Shown in pieces: positions 18,403 through 30,200 of a DNA stretch of 56,996 nt. The DNA is taken from sequence record SRR31156797_1175; one strand, given 5' to 3'. Positions within the stretch are counted from its first letter, which is position 1. The number at the start of each line of letters is the position of its first letter. The notes beneath the pieces were generated by a model. That model saw only the letters and a list, made by a program, of their open reading frames with translations. It was not told the DNA's origin and did no database searches. The translations under genes and the position numbers were made by a program.

Positions 18403-20844
18403 CTAGTAAGGATGTGTAAAATAAAATGTTGTTCCTACACCTACTTGAGATTCAACACTAATTTCCCCTCCTAATAATCCGACTAAACTTTTGGTAATAG
18501 ACAAACCAATACCAACCCCGTCGTGTTGTCTATTTGCTTCAGCATATACCTGTCTAAATTTATTAAAAATGGTATCTTGCTGATCTTCTGGTATACCTAT
18601 TCCAGAATCCTTCACAAAAAAATACAATTGATTATCTCTACTTTCTTTAGCAATCAAACCGTATTCAACACTTCCTGTATCCGTAAATTTCAATGCATTT
18701 TTCAGCAAGTTCAAAAAGATCTGTTTTATACGACTAGAGTCAGTTAAGATATTTTTACCAATAAATTTTTCAGGGATATTTAATATAAGATCGATATTTT
18801 CTTTACCTAATAGTTTTTGTTCAATTTTAATTACTTCATCAATATCTTCAAACAGTTCAGTGAGTAGGCATGTCTTCTTATTTATTTGCATAACTCCCGA
18901 TTCAATAAGAGATATATCAAATAAATCTTCAACAATACTAAGTAAATGATTCCCACTTTGATTTATCATTTTACAATAATCTATTGCGGTATCCATTGTG
19001 GTATACTCATCCACTAAATCAGAAAAACCAATTATTGCATTCAAAGGAGTTCTTAATTCATGCGACATAGTGGCTAGAAATACCGATTTTAACCGATCCG
19101 ATTCTTTAGCTTTTTGCAGTGCCACTCTCAAATCATCTTCTATTCTTTTCTTTTCAATAGATATACTAATTTGATGAGAAACCAACTCTAACACTTCCTT
19201 ATCTTCTTTGGTAACCGCTGTTTCATCATCATAACTTTGAATAACCAAAACCCCAATTATTTTTCCGTTTCCTTTCAAAGGCATTCCCAGCCAAATTTTA
19301 GAAGGGACTCCCTCAAGAGCTAAATCCCCTTTCTCTGCCATTTTCTTCAAGGTTTCAGCTGTGGCTAAAAGTGGTTTCCCATTATCTATAATCCATCCTG
19401 AAATTGTCTTCCCCTTAGGAAATTTATCAATCGAATCGAATTCATCGTCATGATAGGGCATGTGAAAATGCTCACTTTCCTCATCATATAATGCAACGAA
19501 AAAATTAGTCGTATCAATTATTTTACTTAACTCTTCCCGAATAAATTGAATGAATTCAACCAATGTATAGTCCGACAGTACGGCATTTGATATATTAAGT
19601 ATAATTTCCTGTATCTCATCCTGTCTCTTTTGCTCGGTGATATCTTCCTTAACCGCCAAAAAATTTATAATGTTACCATCATCACCTTTTATTGGTGAAA
19701 TACTCGCTCGCTCCCAAAACAATCTACCATTCTTCTTTTTGTTATGAAACTCTCCTCTCCATTCTTTACCAGAATTTATAGATTCCCACAAAGACTCATA
19801 TACCTTTTTAGAATTTAATCCCGAACTTAAAATTTTAGGATTTTCCCCAACGATTTCTTCAAAGGAATAACCAGTTAACTCAATAAACTTTGGATTAACA
19901 TATTCTATAGTTCCTTCTTTGTTTGTAATAATAATTGATACAGGACTTTGAATTACCGATTGTGAAAGTTTAAGAACTTCTGCTCTGGCATTTTTGTAAT
20001 TGGTAACATCACGTACAGAAAGTAGACAAACATCATTACACTTAAATGTGGAATTTTTAATCTTAACTACAACATCTATTCTATTGTCACTTTTACTAAT
20101 TGCGATTCCTTGAATTTTATGCCTAAAATTTCTTGATTTCTCAGTAAGAGTATTTACCCAATATTCTTCCTTAATCAAATTAAAAATTGACTTTCCAGAT
20201 AATTCTTCTTCAGAATACCCAAACATCTCTTCTGATTTCTTATTTACCTCTATTATCTTATCTTCTTCAAGAATAAATACCGCCTCATTGCTAGCATTTG
20301 CTAATGTTTTAAATTTATTCTCACTTTCTTTTAGTTGATTAATAATTCGATGTCGATCCAATACAATTGCAGTTATTTCTGCCAATTCTAAAATCAATTC
20401 GTAATCTTGATCATTTGGAGTATGCGGCGAACGATGATATATTGCAAAAGTACCTACAACTTTACCCGAAGGATCTTTTATTGGTTCAGACCAGCAAGAT
20501 GCCAAATTTGCTTTATTAGCTAATTCCTTATAATCCGCCCAATAAGGATGTGTGTTAATATTTTCAACAATAACTCTCTCTCCTCTATAAGCTGCCGTTC
20601 CGCATGATCCCTTGCAATCCCCAATTGGAAATCCATTTATAGCCCGATTGTAAAAATCCGGTAAACCTGGAGCAGCTTTCGACAATAAATATTTTCCATG
20701 ATCATCAACCGTTAATATTGAGCATATTGAATTCTTTCCTGTTTTTTCAGCATTTTCAATAATTTCTAATAATATCGCATCTTCCGAATACCCATTATAC
20801 AACATCTCTAAAATTCTCGATCGTAATGCTTTTTGCTCTCCCAT
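18403..20844 (-). CDS. Cytoplasmic GAF-PAS-PAS-GAF sensor histidine kinase
   Basis: GSCGTAAY...CWSEPI GAF, two PAS domains (YVNPKFIELTGY, WRGEFHNKKKNG), a second GAF, H-box FLATMSHELRTPLNAI and N/G boxes; no TM segments. Confidence 0.93.
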   Translation of the reverse strand: MGEQKALRSRILEMLYNGYSEDAILLEIIENAEKTGKNSICSILTVDDHGKYLLSKAAPGLPDFYNRAINGFPIGDCKGSCGTAAYRGERVIVENINTHPYWADYKELANKANLASCWSEPIKDPSGKVVGTFAIYHRSPHTPNDQDYELILELAEITAIVLDRHRIINQLKESENKFKTLANASNEAVFILEEDKIIEVNKKSEEMFGYSEEELSGKSIFNLIKEEYWVNTLTEKSRNFRHKIQGIAISKSDNRIDVVVKIKNSTFKCNDVCLLSVRDVTNYKNARAEVLKLSQSVIQSPVSIIITNKEGTIEYVNPKFIELTGYSFEEIVGENPKILSSGLNSKKVYESLWESINSGKEWRGEFHNKKKNGRLFWERASISPIKGDDGNIINFLAVKEDITEQKRQDEIQEIILNISNAVLSDYTLVEFIQFIREELSKIIDTTNFFVALYDEESEHFHMPYHDDEFDSIDKFPKGKTISGWIIDNGKPLLATAETLKKMAEKGDLALEGVPSKIWLGMPLKGNGKIIGVLVIQSYDDETAVTKEDKEVLELVSHQISISIEKKRIEDDLRVALQKAKESDRLKSVFLATMSHELRTPLNAIIGFSDLVDEYTTMDTAIDYCKMINQSGNHLLSIVEDLFDISLIESGVMQINKKTCLLTELFEDIDEVIKIEQKLLGKENIDLILNIPEKFIGKNILTDSSRIKQIFLNLLKNALKFTDTGSVEYGLIAKESRDNQLYFFVKDSGIGIPEDQQDTIFNKFRQVYAEANRQHDGVGIGLSITKSLVGLLGGEISVESQVGVGTTFYFTHPY

Positions 20845-20989
20845 TTTCCTAAAATATCATTTTTTTCGCTTCACAAACACTTTCTAATTCCCGAAAAGAG
20901 CTATTTTCATTTGTTATAAATAAGATTGGAATTAAGGTTTCTAAAAATATATTAACAAAACAAACAATAATTATATTCATTTTTTTGAT

Positions 20990-22339
20990 TCATATCTGTT
21001 TTGATTTTAACAAAAGAGATACTGTAGTACCTTGTTGCTCATCTGATTTTAGACTGATATTCCCCTTATGCAAACGAATTATTTGTCGAGCAACACTCAA
21101 CCCAATTCCCGAACCCTCCTCTTTTGTAGTATAAAAGGGTACAAATACATTTTTAAGGTCCTTTACAGTTATTCCGCAGCCAGTGTCTGCAATACTAATC
21201 TTTACAACATGATCTTCTTCAAATTCTGCATTAATCTTTATCTCACCCTCATTATGAATTGCTTGCTGCGCATTTTTAATTAGGTTAATAAGCACTTGTT
21301 TAAGTAATGTTTCATCGGCATAAACATTCAAATTTTCGGGATATATATTAAAATAAAACTGTATTTTCTCATTTGATTCTAAATTAAGTAACTCCTTAAG
21401 ATGTAAAAATAGTTTGGCAACCGAAACACTTTTTAGCAATGGTTTTGAGATGCGAGTCAATTCACGGTAAGCCTCAACAAAATACATTAAACCTTGTCCC
21501 TGTTCTTTAATAACCTGCAGACCATCGCGAGTTTTGTTGAGAACTGATTCGGTAAGAATTGTTCCAGCTTCTATTTTTTGATAATTATTTTCTAATTTTT
21601 CAGACAAACAAGTTAGTGGTGAAACAGAATTCATAATTTCATGAGTAAGAACATTAATTAATTTCTGCCAAGACTCCAGTTCATTGGCATCAATTTCATT
21701 TTTAATATCTGCAATTGATAGCAATTTAAACTCTTCATCAGTTAATTTTATACTCGTACAAGAAATCAGTAAATATCTATTAATTTGATTTTTTTGAAAA
21801 TTATGAACTTGTGTTTCTCCAGGTTTAATCCTCATCATTAATTTCACCAATTCCTCATCAATCTTTAGCAAAGCTTTAATGTTTATCAAGTTATGAACCT
21901 CCAATAATTCCCTCCCTTTTCGATTTACACATCCAACAATTCCATCTTTATTAAAAGAAAGCAAACCAACTGATGCATGCTCTATTATGGCTTCACTATG
22001 CATTTCTTTACGTTGAAATTGTAAACGCAAATCTCTTATGGTTTGATTAATCTCAGACATACTTTTATGCAATTCATCAAACGACTTTCCTTTTACCTTA
22101 CCAGGAAGCTTTATACTTATATCATCATTTTTAACAGAGAGAAAAAACTGAGTCAATAATCGATTGGTTGCATTTAAATAATGAATTAGCCGATAACTAA
22201 ACCATATCAAAACAAGTAAAAGCAGATAAGCTATTAATGGATATTTTGTTTCCCAATAAATAAAACTTGCAACAAAACTTACTAAAAGAATCCCTATTAA
22301 GCGAATCACAATTTGAACAAGTAGACTTTTATAAATCAT
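20990..22339 (-). CDS. NtrY-like membrane sensor histidine kinase
   Basis: Two N-terminal TMs, LTHEIMNSVSP H-box, NLIKNA, DTGCG, PFYTTKEEGSGIGLS. Confidence 0.92.
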   Translation of the reverse strand: MIYKSLLVQIVIRLIGILLVSFVASFIYWETKYPLIAYLLLLVLIWFSYRLIHYLNATNRLLTQFFLSVKNDDISIKLPGKVKGKSFDELHKSMSEINQTIRDLRLQFQRKEMHSEAIIEHASVGLLSFNKDGIVGCVNRKGRELLEVHNLINIKALLKIDEELVKLMMRIKPGETQVHNFQKNQINRYLLISCTSIKLTDEEFKLLSIADIKNEIDANELESWQKLINVLTHEIMNSVSPLTCLSEKLENNYQKIEAGTILTESVLNKTRDGLQVIKEQGQGLMYFVEAYRELTRISKPLLKSVSVAKLFLHLKELLNLESNEKIQFYFNIYPENLNVYADETLLKQVLINLIKNAQQAIHNEGEIKINAEFEEDHVVKISIADTGCGITVKDLKNVFVPFYTTKEEGSGIGLSVARQIIRLHKGNISLKSDEQQGTTVSLLLKSKQI

Positions 22340-23693
22340 ATTTCTTTATTTTGTGATAGAGTGTTGGGCGAGTAACGCCTAATTCCTTTGCCATATGTGT
22401 AAGATTGCCTTTGTATCGATCCATTGCCATTATTATCATTTGCTTTTCCATCTCTTCAAAACTTTTTGGCAATGCCTTTGCAGCTTGTTCATTGGTATGT
22501 TTAAATAAAAAATCATCACTCGTAATCTTATTTTGTTCTGAAAGAATTACTGCTTTCTCAACTGCGTGCTGTAATTCTCTAACATTCCCAGTCCATGAAT
22601 AATTTCGAAGTTTATCATGTACTTCTACTGTAAAATAAAGTTTTCCTTTATTGTATTTTCTTGCATATTTCAGTAGGAAATATTCAGCTAGTAAAACAAT
22701 ATCAGCACAACGATCACGTAAAGCTGGCACATCAAGCTGAATCGTATTAATTCTATAAAGTAAATCTTCCCGAAAACTTCCTTCTTCCACCATTTTTTCA
22801 AGATTTTTATTGGTAGCACAAATCAGTCGGATATCAATATTTCTTGCTTTATAATCACCTACACGAGTCACTTGTCTGCATTGCAATACTGATAGAAGTT
22901 TCGCTTGCATTTCCAGACTTAAATTCCCTATTTCATCCAAAAAAATAGTTCCTCCTGATGCCAACTCAAAGCGTCCCACCTTCGCTTCTTTTGCATCGGT
23001 AAATGCACCCTTTTCATGCCCAAACAATTCGCTTTCAAATAGCGATTCACTAATTGCTCCCATATCAACCGAAATAAGTACATTCCGACTTCTATTTGAC
23101 AATCGATGCATTTCTCTTGCAACAACCTCTTTTCCCGAACCATGTTCGCCTAATATCAAGACATTAGCATCGGTTTTCGCCACCTTCGATATTACATTCT
23201 TCAAATCCATCATAACTTTCGATCGTCCAATAATCTCAGCCTGATTATGATTTAACTCTTTTGTCAGTTCCCTTTTGTCAGATTCTAATTTTTGAATCTT
23301 CAATTTAGAATTGCGCAATTTCAATGCTGTTTTTAGAGTAATAATCAATTTATTATTGTCCCAAGGTTTCAACACAAAATCACTTGCTCCATTTTTTATG
23401 GCATTAACTGCCAATTCAACATCGCCATAAGCTGTCAATAAAACTACAGCTATATCAGCATTCTGTTTTTTTATTTCCTGCATCCAAAACAATCCTTCGT
23501 TACCGGTGTTTATACCTGCCGAAAAGTTCATATCTAAAAGGACAATATCATATTGACAAGAATGAAGTTCACTAAGCAAACTTTTAGGGTTCGAAAGTGT
23601 ATTTACGAGCTCAAATTCATCCTGCAATAACATTTGTAAGGAAACACGAACTCGTTTGTGATCGTCGACAATTAAAATTTTTCCTGATGACAT
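22329..23693 (-). CDS. NtrC-family sigma-54-dependent response regulator
   Basis: Receiver (ILIVDD, LLDMNF), AAA+ domain (GEHGSGKE, ESELFGHEKGAFTDA, FLDEIG, WTGNVRELQH) and Fis-type HTH. Confidence 0.95.
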   Translation of the reverse strand: MSSGKILIVDDHKRVRVSLQMLLQDEFELVNTLSNPKSLLSELHSCQYDIVLLDMNFSAGINTGNEGLFWMQEIKKQNADIAVVLLTAYGDVELAVNAIKNGASDFVLKPWDNNKLIITLKTALKLRNSKLKIQKLESDKRELTKELNHNQAEIIGRSKVMMDLKNVISKVAKTDANVLILGEHGSGKEVVAREMHRLSNRSRNVLISVDMGAISESLFESELFGHEKGAFTDAKEAKVGRFELASGGTIFLDEIGNLSLEMQAKLLSVLQCRQVTRVGDYKARNIDIRLICATNKNLEKMVEEGSFREDLLYRINTIQLDVPALRDRCADIVLLAEYFLLKYARKYNKGKLYFTVEVHDKLRNYSWTGNVRELQHAVEKAVILSEQNKITSDDFLFKHTNEQAAKALPKSFEEMEKQMIIMAMDRYKGNLTHMAKELGVTRPTLYHKIKKYDL

Positions 23694-23750
23694 ATTTTAT
23701 TGATTTAAGGCAACCAAATGTAAAAAAATGCAAGTAACAACTCAACAAAA

Positions 23751-23789
23751 TGTAAAGAAACTATACAGTTAAAATAAAAGAATTTTACA
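23751..23789. promoter_or_regulatory. Putative enhancer (UAS) pair for the NtrC-family regulator
   Basis: TGTAAAGAAACTATACA (TGT-N11-ACA, 23751-23767) and a degenerate copy AATAAAAGAATTTTACA 22 bp later, upstream of the -24/-12 element. Confidence 0.55.
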
Positions 23790-23855
23790 GTTGCTTTATC
23801 ACTTAAAATCCTTCTTTATACTCTAATCACCTATTACCAGAACAATTAACAGATA

Positions 23856-23871
23856 TGGCACATCAATTGGT
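23856..23871 (+). promoter_or_regulatory. Putative sigma-54 -24/-12 promoter for the ABC operon
   Basis: TGGCACATCAATTGGT matches TGGCAC-N5-TTGC except G at the last position, and is divergent from a sigma-54 activator. Confidence 0.7.
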
Positions 23872-23955
23872 TATTATCTGATAGAATTGAAATCATAAAA
23901 TAATTTGTGATTGTAGTGTTTAACATTTAGAATTGTAATTCAAAACCCAATACCA

Positions 23956-24654
23956 ATGATTAAAATTGAAAATCTGACAAAAGTTTTTAAAACCGAAGAC
24001 ATAGAAACAACTGCCTTAAACAGTATAAACTTAAATATAAAAGAAGGGGAGTTTGTTGCCATAATGGGACCTTCAGGATGTGGAAAATCAACACTTTTAA
24101 ACATCTTAGGAATGCTCGATAGTCCATCTGATGGAAGATATTTCTTTTGCAAAAATGAAGTTGGAATGCAAAAGGAAAATCAAAGAAATAAGCTTCGAAA
24201 AGGAAACATCAACTTTGTGTTTCAATCCTTCAATTTAATTGATGAATTAAATGTTTACAAAAACGTTGAACTTCCACTTAAATATCTACGTTATCCTTCG
24301 AATCAAAAAAGAGAGAGAGTTTTAGAAGTGCTGGATAGAATGAAAATTGGTCACAGAAGAAATCATTATCCGCAACAATTGTCGGGCGGACAGCAACAAA
24401 GAGTTGCCATTGCCAGAGCTGTTGCAGCAAATCCAAAACTTTTACTTGCCGATGAACCAACAGGTAATCTGGATTCTAAAACAGGATTGGAGGTTATGAA
24501 TTTATTAAGCGAATTGAATAATGAGGGGACAACAATCATAATGGTTACCCACTCGGAAAGAGATGCAGAATTTGCCCACCGAGTTATTCGATTGTTCGAT
24601 GGCGAAATTGCGCTTGAAAATACTAAAAAGGAAATTGCACAAGTTGAATATTAA
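23956..24654 (+). CDS. LolD/MacB-type ABC transporter ATP-binding protein
   Basis: GPSGCGKST Walker A, LSGGQQQRVAIARA, LLADEPTGNLD. Confidence 0.95.
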   Translation: MIKIENLTKVFKTEDIETTALNSINLNIKEGEFVAIMGPSGCGKSTLLNILGMLDSPSDGRYFFCKNEVGMQKENQRNKLRKGNINFVFQSFNLIDELNVYKNVELPLKYLRYPSNQKRERVLEVLDRMKIGHRRNHYPQQLSGGQQQRVAIARAVAANPKLLLADEPTGNLDSKTGLEVMNLLSELNNEGTTIIMVTHSERDAEFAHRVIRLFDGEIALENTKKEIAQVEY

Positions 24655-24666
24655 TCAATAAAAGCT

Positions 24667-27099
24667 ATGAAAATACTATCTCAAAAAAACAAGTGGGCTA
24701 CGATTAATATTATTGGTATAGCTATTGCGTTTGCTGCTATTTTATTGGTAAGCACCTACACCATACACGAATCGTCTTTTGACAAATTTCATACGAAGGC
24801 AGATAACATCTACCGATTAAACATAGATAAACCGGGAAGAGTAGGATTTATGGAAACTGCGGATAATCTTCAAACAGCTTCCTTGAATGGTTATTACATA
24901 TCGAGTTTATACGATCGATTCCCCGAAATAAAAGATGTAACCTTACTAACAAAAACATACAATTTAAGCTTAAAAGTAGGAGCTGAAACATATAATATTG
25001 AAAAATCGTTTTACACAGATCATTCCTTTTTTAACCTTTTCGATTTTGATCTTCTGCAGGGAAATAAAAATGACCTTTTTAAAAATACAAATGAAATTGT
25101 TTTAAGTAAAAAAGCCGCGTTTAAATATTTTGGCGATACTAATATTGTTGGCAAGGAAGTAAAAATAAAATCGGAATATGATAATAATGATGGAACAAGC
25201 TATACCGTAAAAGCTGTTTTTGATGATTTCCCGTCCAATTCTCATATGACCTTCAATTTACTTATTTCAGAGAAAACAGAAAACCTGCAAAGTCCATATG
25301 GAGCTGCTTTTACTTATTTACTTCTGCAAAAAGAAAGTAATCCAATTCAACTAGCAGATGCTTTAAATCTGTATTGGGAAAAAAATGTAAAAGAGAGTGA
25401 ATTAGCGCCAACATTCAAATTAATGAATCTAAAAGATATTCATTTAAAAAGCCACATGAGAGATGAACTGGGATCAAATGGAAATTTGAATTCCATTATA
25501 GTTCTGGTTATTGGAGCATTAATAGTATTTCTAATCGCCATTGTAAATTATTCAAATTTAAATTTTGTACAGTTTACTACCAATCTAAAGGATTCAAAAA
25601 TCAAAATTATTAATGGAGCTTCGCTTCTGAATTTGTCAACAAATCAATTTGTTGTATCTCTTTTTCATACTTGCATCGCTATTGTCGTTGGAACTTTAAT
25701 TGCTATAAATTTTGATAATATTTCTAATTTTAATCTGCAATTTATTTTTTCTGTAAAACTCTTTTTATGTGTATCAATTTTTTTCGCAATTCTTTTTGGT
25801 TTCATTGCTCTGCTGCCTCTTTACACAAAAAATATATCAAATAATTTAAGTAAAACTCCTGATCAGGGATCCAAAAAATTTATCATTTCACTTGTGTTCC
25901 AATTTGTATTGTCAATATCAGCAATAATACTTACCATAGTATTACACAAGCAAATTGATTACATCCAAAAAACACATCCAGGAGAAGATAAAGAATCCAT
26001 ATTAACCATTAGCAATTTTCCATATGAGGCTATAGCTAAATTTGATTTGTTAAAAGAAAAAGTGCAACAACACTCCGAAATTGAATATTTAAGTGCCACA
26101 TTCATGCCACCTGGAATCTTTCCTGATTTCGAGCACTCGTTCGAAATGGAAGGAATTGAAAATAGCAAGGAGAATAGAATCATGATTAATTCAGTAGAAA
26201 AAGATTTCTTCAAGCTATTCAATATTCAAGCCTTAGCAGGAAATTTAGAATTACAGAATGGATCAGATTATACCTGGGAATGCAAGGCAATAACACCTAA
26301 TGGCGCGATTGCCCTTAAGAATTTAGAAAAACTCGATCCAATCCACAAAAATTTTAAGGAGCAATACATCTTAAATGAATCAGCAGTTAAAAAACTAGGA
26401 TTTAATAATCCCGAAGATGTTATTGGAAGACAATTTCAATATCATTTTCGCGCTCCTCAATATTTTAAAAAGGGTGAAATTGTAGCTGTAATTAAGGATT
26501 TACACTATGCTGATCTTTTTTCAAAAGAATTACCAATGGTGATTGGTCTTAAACGAATTTTTAATGGAACTTTTCTGGTGAAAATTGATAAAAACAAAAA
26601 GGCTCAGGCAATCGAGAAACTAAATAAAGAATGGAATCAGCTACTTCCTGATTCGCCAATGAAATATAAATTTCTTGATGATATTTATGCCGAAATATAC
26701 AAAAACCAATATAAGGAAATGAGAGCACTTACACTATTCGCTATTCTTTCCATATTATTATCAATTTTGGGAATGTTTGCATTATCATCCTACAGCATCC
26801 AGCACAAAACCAAAGAAATTGGAATTAGAAAAGCAAATGGAGCTAGTTCGTTGGAAATTATGATACAATTAATTAGCGAATATGCAATTTGGGTTGCGCT
26901 GGCATTTATTATCGCATGTCCGCTAGCCTATTATGCTGCGGAAGATTGGTTACAACACTTTGCTTACAAAACAGAATTGTCATGGTGGATATTTGCACTT
27001 GCCGGTATAATTGCCTTGATCATTGCAATTATTGCGGTAAGCTGGCAAACCTGGAATGCGGCAAGAAAGGATCCGATTTATGCTCTTAAGTACGAATAA
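24667..27099 (+). CDS. FtsX/MacB-like ABC permease (duplicated Bacteroidota type)
   Basis: SFDKFH, two large periplasmic domains, KTKEIGIRKANGAS, WLQHFAYK, AARKDPIYALKYE. Confidence 0.9.
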   Translation: MKILSQKNKWATINIIGIAIAFAAILLVSTYTIHESSFDKFHTKADNIYRLNIDKPGRVGFMETADNLQTASLNGYYISSLYDRFPEIKDVTLLTKTYNLSLKVGAETYNIEKSFYTDHSFFNLFDFDLLQGNKNDLFKNTNEIVLSKKAAFKYFGDTNIVGKEVKIKSEYDNNDGTSYTVKAVFDDFPSNSHMTFNLLISEKTENLQSPYGAAFTYLLLQKESNPIQLADALNLYWEKNVKESELAPTFKLMNLKDIHLKSHMRDELGSNGNLNSIIVLVIGALIVFLIAIVNYSNLNFVQFTTNLKDSKIKIINGASLLNLSTNQFVVSLFHTCIAIVVGTLIAINFDNISNFNLQFIFSVKLFLCVSIFFAILFGFIALLPLYTKNISNNLSKTPDQGSKKFIISLVFQFVLSISAIILTIVLHKQIDYIQKTHPGEDKESILTISNFPYEAIAKFDLLKEKVQQHSEIEYLSATFMPPGIFPDFEHSFEMEGIENSKENRIMINSVEKDFFKLFNIQALAGNLELQNGSDYTWECKAITPNGAIALKNLEKLDPIHKNFKEQYILNESAVKKLGFNNPEDVIGRQFQYHFRAPQYFKKGEIVAVIKDLHYADLFSKELPMVIGLKRIFNGTFLVKIDKNKKAQAIEKLNKEWNQLLPDSPMKYKFLDDIYAEIYKNQYKEMRALTLFAILSILLSILGMFALSSYSIQHKTKEIGIRKANGASSLEIMIQLISEYAIWVALAFIIACPLAYYAAEDWLQHFAYKTELSWWIFALAGIIALIIAIIAVSWQTWNAARKDPIYALKYE

Positions 27100-27160
27100 T
27101 AAATACACAGACTTGAATCGTGGGAACTTGTTTCCTGAAAAACCGTAATTCGGTTTAATT

Positions 27161-27201
27161 AAAGTCCGGACTACCTTAAAAAATTGTCCGGATTTTTTTT
27201 T
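27161..27201 (+). terminator. Terminator of the ABC operon
   Basis: AAAGTCCGGAC...GTCCGGATTTTTTTTT stem plus T-tract. Confidence 0.7.
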
Positions 27202-27234
27202 CTCAGATCAAGAGTTTTGCGCTAAATTTTATTC

Positions 27235-27267
27235 AAAAAAAGTGCCACTCCGAGGAGCAGCACTTTT
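27235..27267 (-). terminator. Terminator of the tandem carboxyltransferase gene
   Basis: AAAAGTGC..CTCC-ga-GGAG..GCACTTTT stem preceded by an A-run (U-tract on the - strand). Confidence 0.7.
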
Positions 27268-27297
27268 AGATTGCGTGTAAAATATATAGAGAAAACT

Positions 27298-30200
27298 TTA
27301 CCCTACTAATCTGCTTTTAGGCTTTTGAGCCGCAAGCATTTCTTTTGTTTTGATGTCAAGCTTTGATTCTTTTTCCTCTGGCTGATTAATTTCTCCTGTT
27401 GCCTGAGTAGAATCTCCTCCCATACTATACAATCCCTTAAGCATCATAGCTTCTTTCTCTTCTGCAGGAATTGCTTTGTAAGCAGCTTTCTTTTCGTCAA
27501 TTATTCTTTGTTTTTCAGCTTCTTCAGCATTAACTTTTTCGTAGTAAGCATCGGCTTTTCTGTTTTTCAAGAATGGACCTGCAACGGTTGGGAACAATTC
27601 CAACAATAACATTTCTTTCTCGTTTTCAGCTAATTTAACCCCACCAAATTCATCTAACACAGGATTCTCTGGTGATTGATATTTGCTTACATCAAAATCA
27701 GTTGCTTCACTTTGTCCACAAATTTTATGACGGTATTCAGGATCGATATCAATTGGCGTTTCGCCGTACTCCCCTTTTACAAGGTTAAAAAACTGGTTAT
27801 TTACGTTGGTATATGGAACCTTACCGCTGTTCACATCCAATACATAGTTTACTGCCTGAACACCTACAATTTGAGATGATGGAGTTACCAATGGAGGACA
27901 ACCTGCAGCAACACGTACTTCAGGTACTTTTTCCAATACAGTTGGCAATAAATCTTCCAATCCCAGAGCTTTCAACTGAGCCAACATATTAGTGTACATT
28001 CCACCTGGAATCTCGGCAGCTTTTACCTCTTCGTTTGGTGCCGGGAAGTTGAAGAACTTATCAATAGCGTTACAAACGTCTAATAATTCTTCTTCCTTAT
28101 CAGCTTTAGCTAATTCAATAGCTTTATCGAATAATGCATCAATCTCTTTTGGAAGATAATCAGCAGTAATATCAAATTCTAATGGGAACATTTTGTAAGA
28201 ATCGAATTCTGCAATTCTCTGACGAATTCCCTTTAACTCTTTGTTGATTTCAACAACAGCCTCCAGATTCACACCTGTATCCAAACCTAACTTATCAGCA
28301 AAAATCTGAATGATTTCAAATGCCGGAGCAGCTGGACCACCTGCAAAATTTAAAATGTTGGTATCAACAATATCAACTCCGTTTACTATTGCCATTAAAA
28401 CAGCACCTAAACCATAACCTGGAGTACAGTGAGTATGAAAATCAATAGGAAGATCAATCTCTTTCTTCAAGCGACTAATAATCTTACCAGATAATGACGG
28501 AGGAATCAATCCAGCCATATCCTTTACGGTAATCATATCAGCTCCCATAGTTTCCATTTGTTTCGCTTTATTCACAAAATAGTCAACATCAAAGATCTTC
28601 TTAGGCAGTTTCTTACCTCCTAAAAGAGCTTTCCATCTTTGCTTTCTTGTGAACTTAGGATCTACGGTATAACAAACAGCACAGTCAGCAATACCACCTG
28701 CCTCTTTCATATATTTAATGGTAGTTTCCATGTTCTTCACATCGTTCAGACAGTCGAAGATACGCATGATACCCAAACCAGATTTCACAGCATTTTTATT
28801 GAATCCTTCAATTACCGTCTCTGGATATGGAGAGTATCCAAACAAGTTCCTTCCACGAGACAGAGCTGTTAGATGAGAAACATCACCAATCACTTCTTTA
28901 ATAGACTCTAAACGGTGCCATGGATCCTCGTTTAAGTAACGCATTACAGAATCAGGAATTGCTCCACCCCAAACTTCCATTGCATAGAAATTAGCATCCT
29001 TATATAAAGGAAGTACCTTTTCAATCTCAGCCTGTGGAACACGAGTAGCAAATAATGATTGCTGCCCATCACGAAGGGTGAGGTCACGAATCTTTAATTT
29101 ACCCGTACGTCTGATTGCAGCTCTTTCAGCAGCAATTTTCTTACGATTAACTTCTCTTTGCGCTTCGAATTCTACTTTACGTTTTCCTTCTAAGTAGCCT
29201 TTAGCTACCAATGGAAAAAGCTCTAACAACATGAATTCTTTATCATCCTTAGCCAATTTTACATTTCCGAACTGTGGCAATGTTGGATTCTCAGGAGATA
29301 CATAAGCATTTACATCATACTCTACTTTTTCAGCTTTACCTGTAATTTTCTCACGGAATTCAGGAGCAATCTCAATTGGAGTTGTTCCATATTCCCCTTT
29401 TACAAGGTTAAAGAACTGGTTAGATACGTTAGTATAGAACGGACGACCAGAGTTCTCATCGATTACACAGTTTACAGCCTGTACACCTACAATTTGAGAA
29501 GAAGGGGTTACCAATGGCGGACAACCTGCGTCCAAACGAACCACTGGTACCACTTCTAACACTCTCTCAAGCAGGGTTTCCAAACCTAAAGCTTTCAACT
29601 GGTTTAGCATGTTAGTGTACATACCTCCAGGGATTTCCGCATTCTTAACCATTTCGTTAGGAGCTGGGAAATTAAAATATTCCTCAATAGCATGACAAGC
29701 TTTCAACAATTCTTCCTCGTTGTCTACTTTTGCATGCTTGATTGCCACATCGAATAACTCATCGATATCTGCTGGCAATTTATCTTTTGTAATATCAAAT
29801 TCTATTGGGAATTGCTTGTAGCTATCTACATCAGCTAAAGCATTCGTACGAATCTCTTTTAGAATTTTATTTATCTCTACAACAGTCTTAGCATCACCAT
29901 CTAATTCGATTCCTAATTTCTGGCAGAACAGATAAACCAATTCATATGCCGGAGCTGCTGAGCCACCTGCGAAGTTCATGATATTTGTATCGATAATATC
30001 AACACCATTAACAATTGCAGAAAGAGCCGAAGCCAAACCATATCCAGGTGTAGAATGTGAATGGAAATCTACAGGAATATTTAATTCTTCTTTAAATTTA
30101 CGGATGATTTTACCGGCTAGCGAAGGTGAAGCCAATCCAGCCATATCTTTTAGTGAAATCATATCAGCACCCAAAGCTTCAAGCTTTTTCGCCATGTTCA

